A stretch of 27,810 nt of DNA from Gammaproteobacteria bacterium. Its GTDB lineage: Bacteria; Pseudomonadota; Gammaproteobacteria; DSM-19610. The DNA lies in assembly GCA_035462005.1 (NCBI GenBank), contig DATHUT010000306.1, forward strand, positions 1-27,810. The letters run 5' to 3'. A program made the position numbers and the translations under genes. Of the stretch, positions 16,784 to 25,781 are shown in pieces (position 1 is the first letter of the stretch; each line of letters opens with the position of its first letter). The notes beneath the pieces are model-generated. The model searched no databases and was not told the DNA's origin. It saw only the letters and a list, made by a program, of their open reading frames with translations.

Positions 16784-17860
16784 ATGTCACGCCAGGTGGA
16801 TGTACTGATCATCGGCCAGGGCCTGGCCGGCACCCTGTTGGCCGCGGAGCTCGTGGCACGTGGTGTGCGGGTGCTGGTGGTGGATGATAATCATCGCAGT
16901 TCCTCCACGCGCATGGCGGCTGGACTGCTCAATCCCGTCACCGGTCTGCGGTTGACCAAGTCGCGCCAGGCGGAACGTTTCATTCCCGAGGCCCTGCGCA
17001 CCTATACGGATCTCGAGCAGAGATGGGGTGCGAGCTTTTACCATGCCACACCGCTGTTGCGCATCTTCCGTTCCGAGCGACAGCACGCCGATTGGATTAA
17101 ACGTCTGGGCTCCCCCGATTATTCTGCCTATCTGCAGGCACCACTGGCACCTGAAGCGCTGCCGGCAGGCCTGTACGCGCCCCATGGCGCAGGCCTCCAG
17201 CAACAGACCGGCTATCTCGATACCGTCAGCTTCCTCGATGCCGGCCGTCGCTGGCTGCGTCAGCAGAATGCCCTGCACGAAGGTCTGTTCGACTGGTCCG
17301 AGCTGCGTTTGTCGGGATCGGCGGCGTGCTGGCACGAGTGGACTGTGCAGCATGTGATCGCTTGCGAGGGGTACCGGGGCCAGGACAATCCCTGGTTCGG
17401 GTGGTTGCCCTTTCGGCCCTGCAAGGGACAGATCCTGACACTGGAGACCGGGGATCCGCTACCCGCATGGATCCTCAATCGCGGCACCTGGCTGGTACCG
17501 GTTGGAGCGGGTCGCGCCCGTATCGGCGCCACCTATGAACGGGACGCCATCGAATCGGGTCCCAGCGCGGCCGCACGCGAGATCCTGTTGCACGAAGCGC
17601 ATGCATTGTTCCCGGACCGCGTGCGCTGGACCCTGGTGGATGAAGCCGTGGGCGTGCGGCCCGGAACCCGTGACAAGATGCCCCTGGTGGGTTTGCATCC
17701 GGAGTACCCTCAGCTGGGCATGTGTAACGGCTTCGGTTCCAAGGGGGTGTTGATGGCGCCCTATTATTCCCACTGCCTGGCAGCGGCCCTGGTCGAGGGC
17801 ACGGCCTTGCCCCAGGAGGTCAGCCTGCAGCGCTGGTGGAATCCCCATGAAGCCGGGTGA
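16784..17860 (+). CDS. FAD-dependent oxidoreductase, DAO/glycine oxidase superfamily (MnmC C-terminal-domain-like)
   Basis: Rossmann motif IIGQGLAGTLLA, then SSTRMAAGLLNPVTG, PFRPCKGQIL, GATYE, GVRPGTRDKMPLVG and NGFGSKGVLMAP. Confidence 0.85.
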   Translation: MSRQVDVLIIGQGLAGTLLAAELVARGVRVLVVDDNHRSSSTRMAAGLLNPVTGLRLTKSRQAERFIPEALRTYTDLEQRWGASFYHATPLLRIFRSERQHADWIKRLGSPDYSAYLQAPLAPEALPAGLYAPHGAGLQQQTGYLDTVSFLDAGRRWLRQQNALHEGLFDWSELRLSGSAACWHEWTVQHVIACEGYRGQDNPWFGWLPFRPCKGQILTLETGDPLPAWILNRGTWLVPVGAGRARIGATYERDAIESGPSAAAREILLHEAHALFPDRVRWTLVDEAVGVRPGTRDKMPLVGLHPEYPQLGMCNGFGSKGVLMAPYYSHCLAAALVEGTALPQEVSLQRWWNPHEAG

Positions 17861-18473
17861 ATCGCAGCGGGCCTGGCATGGCGGGCAGGGGAGGTCATTG
17901 TCGGGTCTTACGGCCATGGCCCAGGCGGCCGTGGCCGAGCGGCTGGCACCGGGTATGCCTGCCATTGATGCCACGGTGGGCAACGGTCACGATACCCTGT
18001 TTCTGGCCCGCCAGGTGGGTACCACGGGGCAGGTGTATGGTTTCGACCTGCAGGCCAGTGCCCTGGCAGCCGCGTCCGCGCGGCTGCTGGCGGCGGGGGT
18101 TGCGGACCGGGTCAGCCTCATCCATGCCGGCCATGAGACCATGGCGGAACATCTGCCCGCGACGCTACAAGGAAGGGTACAGGCCATCATGTTCAATCTG
18201 GGCTACCTGCCGGGAAGCGACAGGCAGTGCATCACCCGGGCCGCCAGCACCCTCCCAGCCTTGCGGCAGGCCCTGAGCTGGCTGACGCCGGGAGGGCTGC
18301 TGACGGTGCTGGCGTACCGTGGCCATGCCGGAGGTGCTGAGGAGGCGGACGCCGTGGCCCATTGGTTGCAGGGCCTGGAATCGTCCGCTTACCAGGTGGC
18401 TCGCCAATTCAGCGAGGAACCAAGGGGTACTGGTCCGGAACTCGGGCTGGTGTACCGGCGTCTCAACCGGTAG
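17847..18473 (+). CDS. mnmM: Class I SAM methyltransferase of the YtqB/MnmM family (putative tRNA nm5U34 methyltransferase)
   Basis: IDATVGNGHDTLFLA, VYGFDLQ, HAGHE, MFNLGYLPGSD and LTVLAYRGHAGG.EE are diagnostic of YtqB-like proteins. The true start may be TTG 17898 (GGAGG just upstream) or ATG 17916. Confidence 0.75.
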   Translation: MKPGESQRAWHGGQGRSLSGLTAMAQAAVAERLAPGMPAIDATVGNGHDTLFLARQVGTTGQVYGFDLQASALAAASARLLAAGVADRVSLIHAGHETMAEHLPATLQGRVQAIMFNLGYLPGSDRQCITRAASTLPALRQALSWLTPGGLLTVLAYRGHAGGAEEADAVAHWLQGLESSAYQVARQFSEEPRGTGPELGLVYRRLNR

Positions 18474-18557
18474 CTACCCTGGCCTTGCTGGCGTTCGGCC
18501 TGATGATTCGTATCAGGCATACTATTCCCCATCAGGAGTATCGAACTACTCATCACC

Positions 18558-19271
18558 ATGACCAAGCCGGATTCGACACTGCCCCGCAAATCACCGCGTC
18601 AGGACATCGATGGCTTCCTGCGCCAGGTGGAGACCCTGCCCGGGGTGCGCGGCACAGGACAGCCTGGACGGCTGATCTTTGCCATGGACGCCACCGCCAG
18701 CCGTGAGCCGAGCTGGGACCAGGCGGCACAGATCCAGGGGCGCATGTTCGAAGAGACTGCGGCCCTGGGTGGGCTGGATGTACAGCTGTGTTACTACCGT
18801 GGCTATGGTGAGTTCGAGGCGAGCCCCTGGTACGCCTCGTCCCGCGACCTGCTGGCGCGCATGAGCGCTGTGCGCTGCCGTGCCGGGCAGACCCAGCTGG
18901 AACAGGTGCTGCGCCACGCCCTGGCCGAGACCCGGCGCCGACGGGTGCAGGCCCTGGTCTTCGTCGGTGACAGCATGGAAGAGGATCTCGACCGGCTGGG
19001 GAACCTCGCCGGTCAGCTGGGGGTGCTCGGGGTGCCCCTGTTCCTGTTCCATGAAGGGCGTGATGGGCGTGCCGGACGCGCCTTTGCCGAACTGGCGCGC
19101 CTGAGCGGCGGCGCGGTCTGTCCCTTCGATGTCGGCAGCGCCGATCAATTGCGCGAGCTGCTGGGCGCCGTGGCTGTCTATGCGGCGGGAGGCCGCCAGG
19201 CGCTGCGCGCCCTGGGTGAGCGGCGTGGTGGCCGTACCCTGCGACTGCTCCAGCAGCTGCAGGGCGACTAG
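18558..19271 (+). CDS. Stand-alone VWA (von Willebrand A) domain protein
   Basis: LIFAMDATASR (MIDAS-like D-x-T-x-S), VQLCYYRG, GQTQ and ALVFVGDSMEE. Confidence 0.8.
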   Translation: MTKPDSTLPRKSPRQDIDGFLRQVETLPGVRGTGQPGRLIFAMDATASREPSWDQAAQIQGRMFEETAALGGLDVQLCYYRGYGEFEASPWYASSRDLLARMSAVRCRAGQTQLEQVLRHALAETRRRRVQALVFVGDSMEEDLDRLGNLAGQLGVLGVPLFLFHEGRDGRAGRAFAELARLSGGAVCPFDVGSADQLRELLGAVAVYAAGGRQALRALGERRGGRTLRLLQQLQGD

Positions 19272-19274
19272 CCC

Positions 19275-20027
19275 ATGTTCATCCGTATCCTGTTTGGACT
19301 GGCGGCCGTGGCCGCCCTGCTGTGGCTGTTGCGCTGGTTCCTGCGCAACCCACCGGCCCAGGTGCGGCGCCAGCTGATCCGTGGCCTCTTGGTCGCTGGC
19401 ATCGGCGTGCTCATCCTGCTGGCGGTAACCGGCCGGCTGCACTGGCTCTTTGCCCTGGGTGCCTTCTTGCTGGCCAGCGCCGGACGCTTGCTGGCCCTGC
19501 TCAATATGCTGCCCCTGCTGCGGCGGGTGGGAGGGGCCTTCAAGTCCGGCGCGGCGCCCGCCGCAGGGGCGGCCGGCAGCCAGCGCTCCCAGGTGGAAAG
19601 CCGCTTCCTGCGCATGAGCCTGGACCACGACAGCGGCCACCTGGATGGCCAGGTACTGGAAGGACCCCATGCCGGGGCCCGGCTCAGTGAACTGTCCCTG
19701 GCGACGCTGCTGGATCTGTTGCGCACCTGCCGACAGGAGGACGAGGATTCCGCGCAGCTGCTGGAATCCTACCTGGATCGGGTGCAGGGTGCAGACTGGC
19801 GTGACGGATTCGCGTCGAATGGCCAGGAACAGAACGGTTCCGCTGGTGGTCCCATGACAGAGGAGGAAGCCTGGCGCATCCTGGGCCTGGAGCCGGGCGC
19901 CGATCGCGAGGTGATCATCGCCGCCCATCGCCGGCTCATGCAGAAGCTGCATCCCGACCGCGGCGGTTCCGACTACCTGGCCGCCCGCATCAACCAGGCC
20001 AAGGACCGCCTGCTGGGAGAGACCTGA
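19275..20027 (+). CDS. Membrane-anchored J-domain protein (short C-terminal J domain)
   Basis: Hydrophobic N-terminal helices; central LRMSLDHDSGHLDGQVLEG; C-terminal MTEEEAWRILGL...AHRRLMQKLHPDRGGSDYLAARINQAKDRLL with HPD motif. Confidence 0.88.
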   Translation: MFIRILFGLAAVAALLWLLRWFLRNPPAQVRRQLIRGLLVAGIGVLILLAVTGRLHWLFALGAFLLASAGRLLALLNMLPLLRRVGGAFKSGAAPAAGAAGSQRSQVESRFLRMSLDHDSGHLDGQVLEGPHAGARLSELSLATLLDLLRTCRQEDEDSAQLLESYLDRVQGADWRDGFASNGQEQNGSAGGPMTEEEAWRILGLEPGADREVIIAAHRRLMQKLHPDRGGSDYLAARINQAKDRLLGET

Positions 20028-20151
20028 TTCATGCCAGTTGCTACTCCCGAGGCACGACAGGAATCGGCGGAATTGATCCATGACCGCAACGCGGACGGCC
20101 AGGGTCGGCTGTTCGAGCCGTCCTGAGCGCAACGACAGGAGAACTTGACTC

Positions 20152-20796
20152 ATGTTTGGATTTGGCAAGCCAGTGGAAATGGTCCGTCCCGAACAGGCAT
20201 TGCCGGGTCGGGTGGAACAGATGCCGGTGCCGGAACGGCATTTCGTCAATGGCCATACCCTGACGCCACCCTTCCCGGAAGGCATGCAGACAGCCCTCTT
20301 TGGCCTGGGGTGCTTCTGGGGCGCGGAGCAGGGTTTCTGGAAGTTACCCGGTGTGTATACCACGGCAGTGGGCTATGCCGCGGGCTATACCCCCAATCCC
20401 GGCTATCGAGAAGTATGCACGGGCCTGACCGGCCACAATGAGGTGGTGCTGGTGGTGTTCGATCCCGAACAGGTTTCCTACCCGGCATTGCTGCGTCACT
20501 TCTGGGAGGCCCACGATCCCACCCAGGGCATGCGTCAGGGTAACGATGTGGGTAGCCAGTATCGTTCCGGCATCTACGTATACAGCGAGGAGCAGCGACA
20601 ACTGGCCGAGCGCTCGCGGGCGCAGTACCAACCCCTGCTGCACGCCGCCGGCAAGGGCGACATCACCACCGAGGTCCTGGACGCGCCGGAATTTTATTAC
20701 GCCGAGGAATATCACCAGCAATACCTGGCGAAGAATCCCAATGGCTATTGTGGGCACGGTGGTTGCGGTGTGCCCTTTGGAGATGTGCCGGCCTGA
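20152..20796 (+). CDS. msrA: Peptide-methionine (S)-S-oxide reductase
   Basis: GCFWGAE catalytic motif, [19 protein letters not shown] and [16 protein letters not shown]. Confidence 0.97.
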   Translation: MFGFGKPVEMVRPEQALPGRVEQMPVPERHFVNGHTLTPPFPEGMQTALFGLGCFWGAEQGFWKLPGVYTTAVGYAAGYTPNPGYREVCTGLTGHNEVVLVVFDPEQVSYPALLRHFWEAHDPTQGMRQGNDVGSQYRSGIYVYSEEQRQLAERSRAQYQPLLHAAGKGDITTEVLDAPEFYYAEEYHQQYLAKNPNGYCGHGGCGVPFGDVPA

Positions 20797-20835
20797 AGCG
20801 CGCTGGCAAGCACCGGCCGGATGCCGGATCGGGGA

Positions 20836-21564
20836 TCAGAATTTGCTGTGCTGGTGGCGGTAGTGATGGGGCGGCACGTTGAGCTGCAGCCAGTAGTCCT
20901 CGATGTGGCCGATCATCTCCTCGAAGTTTTCCTGGCTGGTGGGCTTGCGCAGGTAACTGTTGATGCCGAGGTCATAGCCGAGTTCCACGTCGCGGTGCTC
21001 CTGCGAGGAGGACAGCATGATGACGGGCAGCAGGCGGGTGGTGTTCCGGTTGCGGATTTCCCGCAATACGTCGAAGCCGTTCAGCTTGGGCAGCTTGATG
21101 TCCAGCAGGATCAGGCAGGGTAGTTTTTGGTCCAGCTGAGAGGATCCCGGTCCCTCGGCAAACAGGAAGTCCAGGGCTTCCTTGCCATCGCGTTTCACCA
21201 CGATGCGGTCTTCCAGGTTGCGCTTGCGGAAGGCGCGCAAGGTGAGCATGACATCATCATCGTTGTCTTCCACCAGCAGGATGCTGTCACAGGTCGGGCT
21301 GGGTGGTTCCGAGTGCCGTGGCGCGCCGGGTTCCAGCTTGAACAACACGGTCTTGATGCCGATTTCATGACACCAGGCGATGGCGGCATCGGAAGTCTTG
21401 AATACCCGGGCCCCGCCGCGCTTGGCGGACAAGGTATCGTGCCGGTCTTCCTGTGTATGGTTCTGTAACCGTACATTCCACCCGGAGCCGGCGGGGTCGG
21501 ATACCACCAGTGCCTTGTTGAAATGCCCCTTGCCCACGAGAAGGCGTACTTCACGCTCCTGCAT
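20836..21564 (-). CDS. Response regulator: unknown ~80 aa N-terminal domain plus Rcp1-like receiver domain
   Basis: REC motifs ILLVEDNDDD, LILLDIKLPKLNG, PVIMLSSS and NSYLRKP. ATG at 21564 with an AGGGA RBS. The N-terminal domain is paralogous to the gene at 21752-21982. Confidence 0.85.
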   Translation of the reverse strand: MQEREVRLLVGKGHFNKALVVSDPAGSGWNVRLQNHTQEDRHDTLSAKRGGARVFKTSDAAIAWCHEIGIKTVLFKLEPGAPRHSEPPSPTCDSILLVEDNDDDVMLTLRAFRKRNLEDRIVVKRDGKEALDFLFAEGPGSSQLDQKLPCLILLDIKLPKLNGFDVLREIRNRNTTRLLPVIMLSSSQEHRDVELGYDLGINSYLRKPTSQENFEEMIGHIEDYWLQLNVPPHHYRHQHSKF

Positions 21565-21751
21565 TGCTATTTTCCCTGCCGTCAAATGAGGATTCAGGTA
21601 TTTTTTATACCGCTTGTGGGCAGAATATAGCCCAAACTTGGGAAAATGGGTAATGGAATGAAAAATATTAGTTTATTCGTATTATCTTATGGTTGGCCCA
21701 GGGCCTGCAACGACACCGGCGCAGTAGGTCAGTCTCAAATCCGACAAGCTC

Positions 21752-21982
21752 CTAGAGATTGATGCGGATTTCCCGGAAGCCGATGCGCTGGCACCAGCGT
21801 AATGCCGCATCGCTGGTCTTGAACAGGCGGATGCAGCGCCCCCGTTTGTTTTCCAGGGGCACCCTTCCTCCATCCCGCATCAGGAAATACAGGGTCCAGC
21901 CTTCCCTCACCAGATCCTGTTCCAATACGGCTGCGCGGATATCCCCGCTGGCGAATTGTGCCGAAGCTTCCCGTTCTTGCAC
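21752..21982 (-). CDS. Small hypothetical protein (76 aa), paralog of the response regulator N-terminal domain
   Basis: GTG start with a GGGGA RBS. Shares MQERE...GW...KRG..R.FKTSDAA..WC..IG with the adjacent gene, which supports it being coding. Confidence 0.75.
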   Translation of the reverse strand: MQEREASAQFASGDIRAAVLEQDLVREGWTLYFLMRDGGRVPLENKRGRCIRLFKTSDAALRWCQRIGFREIRINL

Positions 21983-22054
21983 TTTTGGGTCCCCGATATT
22001 ATTGATTCGGGGTATTGTGCCTGCAACGCGGGCATGGGGTAAAGGCTTGCTGAA

Positions 22055-22981
22055 TCATCCGTTGCCCAGCAGGGCGTCGAGGTGAGCCACGACACAGCGT
22101 CCCAGTGCCGCGAGGGCATAACCGCCTTCCAGTGTGGAGACGATGCGCCCTTGGGCATGGCGTCGCGCGAGTACGAGCAGTTCTCGCGTGACCCAGCGAT
22201 AATCGGCTTCTCCAAAGGCCAGTCCGGCCATCTCATCCTCCGCGTGGGCATCGAAGCCGGCAGAGATCATGATCAACTGTGGGGCAAAGGCCTCCAGCCG
22301 TGGTAGCCATTGTTCCGCGACGGCCTGACGGAAAGCAGTGCCGTCGCTGCCGGCGCGCAGGGGCGTGTGCACCATATGTGCAGGGTCAGCTTTCGTGCCA
22401 CTGTAGGGATAGAAGGGGTGCTGGAAACTGGAGCAGAACAACACCCGGGAATCATCGGCAAAGATATCCTCGGTGCCATTGCCATGATGAACATCGAAGT
22501 CCACGATGGCCACGCGCTGCAGGCCATGCTGGCACAAGGCATGGGCGGCACCGACGGCCACGTTGTTGAAGATGCAAAAGCCCATGGCGCGGCGGCGTTC
22601 CGCATGGTGCCCGGGTGGCCGCACCGAGCAGAAGGCCTGGCGAGTCCTGCCTTCCATCACCGTGTCCACCCCCAGGATCACCGCGCCCGCCGCCCGCCGG
22701 GCCGCCGCCAGACTGTGCGGGTTCATGAGGGTATCGGAATCCAAACGTACATAGCCTTCCCGGGGAGCGCTGTGGAAGATGAGATCCACGTAATCGGGAT
22801 CATGCGCCCGGTACAGTTGATCACGGCTGGCCAGTGGAGCCTCCATGTGGCGGAGCGCCAGTTCCATGCTGCTGGCCAGCAGCTGATCCTCTATGGCGGC
22901 CAGTCGCTGCGGACATTCCGGGTGCCCCGCGCCCATTTCATGCAGGGCGCAGTCGGGGTGCGAGATAAAGGCAATGGTCAT
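22055..22981 (-). CDS. Zn-dependent histone deacetylase family protein (acetoin utilization AcuC/HDAH-like)
   Basis: HPECPQRL, VRPPGHHA, GFCIFNNVA, DFDVHHGNGT, SAGFDAH and LEGGY. Confidence 0.95.
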   Translation of the reverse strand: MTIAFISHPDCALHEMGAGHPECPQRLAAIEDQLLASSMELALRHMEAPLASRDQLYRAHDPDYVDLIFHSAPREGYVRLDSDTLMNPHSLAAARRAAGAVILGVDTVMEGRTRQAFCSVRPPGHHAERRRAMGFCIFNNVAVGAAHALCQHGLQRVAIVDFDVHHGNGTEDIFADDSRVLFCSSFQHPFYPYSGTKADPAHMVHTPLRAGSDGTAFRQAVAEQWLPRLEAFAPQLIMISAGFDAHAEDEMAGLAFGEADYRWVTRELLVLARRHAQGRIVSTLEGGYALAALGRCVVAHLDALLGNG

Positions 22982-23090
22982 GCCGGTGTTCCCTTGTTAC
23001 CCTTGAGCGGCGCTATTCTGTCACATCCCCGGTCAGGTGCGTGTGCCATACCTGGAAAATCCCCCAGCCTGAATATCTGGTCATCGTCAC

Positions 23091-25769
23091 ATGTCCCAAC
23101 ACTATCTCGACAAGCTGTTCGCACCCGGGGCCATTGCCGTGTTCGGCGCCAGTGAGCGCCCCGATTCAGTGGGCACACTCATCTATCGAAATCTGCGTGA
23201 CGGTGGATTCCAGGGCGTGCTGTATCCGGTCAATCCCAAGTATGCGTCATTGGATGGGCAGCCTTGCTATGCCTCCATGGCGGAGTTACCCGGCCCGGTG
23301 GACCTGGCTGTGATTGCCACCCCGGCCGCCACCGTATCGGATATCCTGGAGGCCTGCGGCGCCCGTGGCGTGCGCACCGCCATCCTGATCTCGGCTGGTT
23401 TCGGCAATGGTGACGAGTCCGGGCGGGAGCGCAAAGAGGCCGTGTTGCAGGTGGCCGCCCGTTACCGCATGCGACTGCTGGGCCCCAACTGCCTGGGATT
23501 GATCCGCCCGAGCCTCAACCTGAACGCCACCTTCAGCAAGAACAGCGCCCGGCCCGGCGGACTGGCCCTGGTGTCCCAGTCGGGCGCGCTCTGTACCGCC
23601 ATCCTGGACTGGGCCATCGCCCACGATGTGGGCTTTTCCACCCTGGTGTCCCTGGGGGATGCTGCGGACATCGATTTCGGAGACCTGCTCGATTACCTCG
23701 CCCAGGATAGCCAGACCCGCAGCATTCTCCTCTACATCGAGGGCATTCGTGATGCACGCCGCTTCATGAGCGGACTGCGCAGCGCGGCACGCATGAAGCC
23801 GGTGATCGTGCTCAAGTCCGGGCGGCACAGCGAGGGTTCGCGCGCGGCACTTACCCACACCGGCGCGTTGATCGGTGCCGACGATGTGTTCGATGCCGCT
23901 CTGCAGCGCGCTGGCGTGGTGCGAGCCATGTCCATCGAACAATGGTTTGCCGCCGCCCAGTTGCTGGCCAGTGAGGATCGGGTCAGCGGCAATCGCCTGG
24001 CCATTGTTACCAACGGTGGCGGTCCCGGCGTCATGGCCGTGGACCGGGCGATGGACCTGGGGGTGCAACTGGCGCAGCTGGCACCTGCCACCATCAAGGC
24101 CCTGGAAGCCGCACTGCCAGCTCACTGGTCCCATGCCAATCCCGTGGATCTGCTCGGGGATGCCGGCGCGGAGCGCTACGGCGCGGCGGTCCGTGCCTGC
24201 CTGGCGGATCCCGGTGTGGATGGATTGCTGGTGATGCTGACCCCGCAGGCCATGACCGATCCCAGCGCCTGTGCCGAGGCGGTGATCGCCGCGCGCCAGG
24301 GCAGTCACAAGCCGGTGCTGCTGTGCTGGATGGGTGAAGAACAGGTGCGCGTCGCGCACGAGCTCTTTGCCCGGCACCACATGCCCGCCTTCGGCAGTCC
24401 CGAGTCCTCCGTGGAGGCCTTCGCCTATCTCACCCGTTTTCAACAGAACCAGCAATGGCTCACCCAGGTACCGACCCCGCTGGGTCGCAGCAGCGAACCG
24501 GACATCGAGGGCGCGCGGCTGATCATCGAAAGTGTGCTGGCCGAGGGACGCACGGTGCTGGGTACGGCGGAATCCAAGGCGATTCTCCATGCCTTCGCCA
24601 TCCCGGTCACCCAGAGCATCGAATGTCACAGTGCCAACGATGCCCTGGTGGTGGCCGAATCCATCGGTTATCCCGTGGTGATGAAGATCAGTTCAGCGGA
24701 TATCACGCACAAATCCGACGTGGGTGGGGTGCGGTTGAATATCGGCTCGGCCCAGGCGGTGCGCATCACCTACAACGAAGTGCTGGAGGCGGTGCGCGCC
24801 AAATATCCCGAGGCGCGTATCACCGGAGTCACCCTGGAGCCCATGTACAGTTCGCGCCACGGGCGCGAACTGCTGGTGGGGGTGATCCGCGACCCCGTAT
24901 TCGGGCCCGTCATCAGCTTCGGTGCCGGCGGGGTAGAAGTGGAAATCCTGCGTGATCGGGCGGTGGCGCTGCCGCCACTCAATACTTTTTTGGCACGCAA
25001 GGCCATCGAACAGACTCGAATCGCCAGGCTGCTGGGCGAATTTCGCGACATGCCCGCCATCGACATGGAGGCGCTGGTGCAGGTGCTGCGCCGGGTTTCG
25101 GAAATGATCTGCGAGCTGCCCCATATCCGTGCCATGGACATCAATCCCCTTATCGCCGATGCCCAGGGCGTGATCGCCCTGGATGCCCGCATCGAGGTGC
25201 AACGGCCGCACCTGTCCCTGGATCGCTACAGCCACATGGCCATCCATCCCTACCCCAAGCACCTGGTTTCGAGCTGTCAGCTGGCCGACGGTACCGATAT
25301 CATCATCCGGCCCATCCGTCCCGAGGATGCCGGGATCGAACAGACCTTCGTCAAGGCGCTGTCGAGCCAGTCCCGGTATTTTCGCTTCATGCGCAGCCTG
25401 AACGAACTGACCCAGGAGATGCTGGTGCGCTTCACCCAGATCGATTATCACCGCGAACTGGCACTGATCGCGGTGCTGGAGCAGGATGGCCGGGAGACCG
25501 AGCTGGGTGTGGCGCGTTACATCATCAATCCCGATGGCCAGAGCTGCGAGTTCGCTCTGGTAGTGGCCGATGCCTGGCAGGGCAAGGGCATCGGCTCCCG
25601 TCTCATGCAGGCCCTGATGGAAGCGGCGCGACAGCGCGGCCTGGGTGAAATGGATGGCGAAATCCTCGCCAGCAACCACAATATGCTGCACCTCATGACC
25701 AGCCTGGGCTTCAGCCTGCATACCAGCGGCGAGGACCCTGGCGTCAAGCTGGCGAGCAAGGAACTGTGA
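23091..25769 (+). CDS. pat: Protein lysine acetyltransferase Pat/PatZ type (ADP-forming acyl-CoA synthetase-like domains plus C-terminal GNAT)
   Basis: CoA-binding domain (LLGPNCLG, SQSGAL), NPVDLLGDA, ATP-grasp (HKSDVGGV, DPVFGPVI, MDINPL) and a GNAT domain (IRPIRPED, QIDYHRELAL, WQGKGIG). Confidence 0.92.
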   Translation: MSQHYLDKLFAPGAIAVFGASERPDSVGTLIYRNLRDGGFQGVLYPVNPKYASLDGQPCYASMAELPGPVDLAVIATPAATVSDILEACGARGVRTAILISAGFGNGDESGRERKEAVLQVAARYRMRLLGPNCLGLIRPSLNLNATFSKNSARPGGLALVSQSGALCTAILDWAIAHDVGFSTLVSLGDAADIDFGDLLDYLAQDSQTRSILLYIEGIRDARRFMSGLRSAARMKPVIVLKSGRHSEGSRAALTHTGALIGADDVFDAALQRAGVVRAMSIEQWFAAAQLLASEDRVSGNRLAIVTNGGGPGVMAVDRAMDLGVQLAQLAPATIKALEAALPAHWSHANPVDLLGDAGAERYGAAVRACLADPGVDGLLVMLTPQAMTDPSACAEAVIAARQGSHKPVLLCWMGEEQVRVAHELFARHHMPAFGSPESSVEAFAYLTRFQQNQQWLTQVPTPLGRSSEPDIEGARLIIESVLAEGRTVLGTAESKAILHAFAIPVTQSIECHSANDALVVAESIGYPVVMKISSADITHKSDVGGVRLNIGSAQAVRITYNEVLEAVRAKYPEARITGVTLEPMYSSRHGRELLVGVIRDPVFGPVISFGAGGVEVEILRDRAVALPPLNTFLARKAIEQTRIARLLGEFRDMPAIDMEALVQVLRRVSEMICELPHIRAMDINPLIADAQGVIALDARIEVQRPHLSLDRYSHMAIHPYPKHLVSSCQLADGTDIIIRPIRPEDAGIEQTFVKALSSQSRYFRFMRSLNELTQEMLVRFTQIDYHRELALIAVLEQDGRETELGVARYIINPDGQSCEFALVVADAWQGKGIGSRLMQALMEAARQRGLGEMDGEILASNHNMLHLMTSLGFSLHTSGEDPGVKLASKEL

Positions 25770-25781
25770 GCGGAACCTGAC

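Noticed and set aside
20056-20140. Two ACGACAGGA copies upstream of msrA as CsrA sites or a repeat
   Set aside because: Only 9 bp each, not presented in clear hairpin loops, and one is simply the Shine-Dalgarno; too weak to report.
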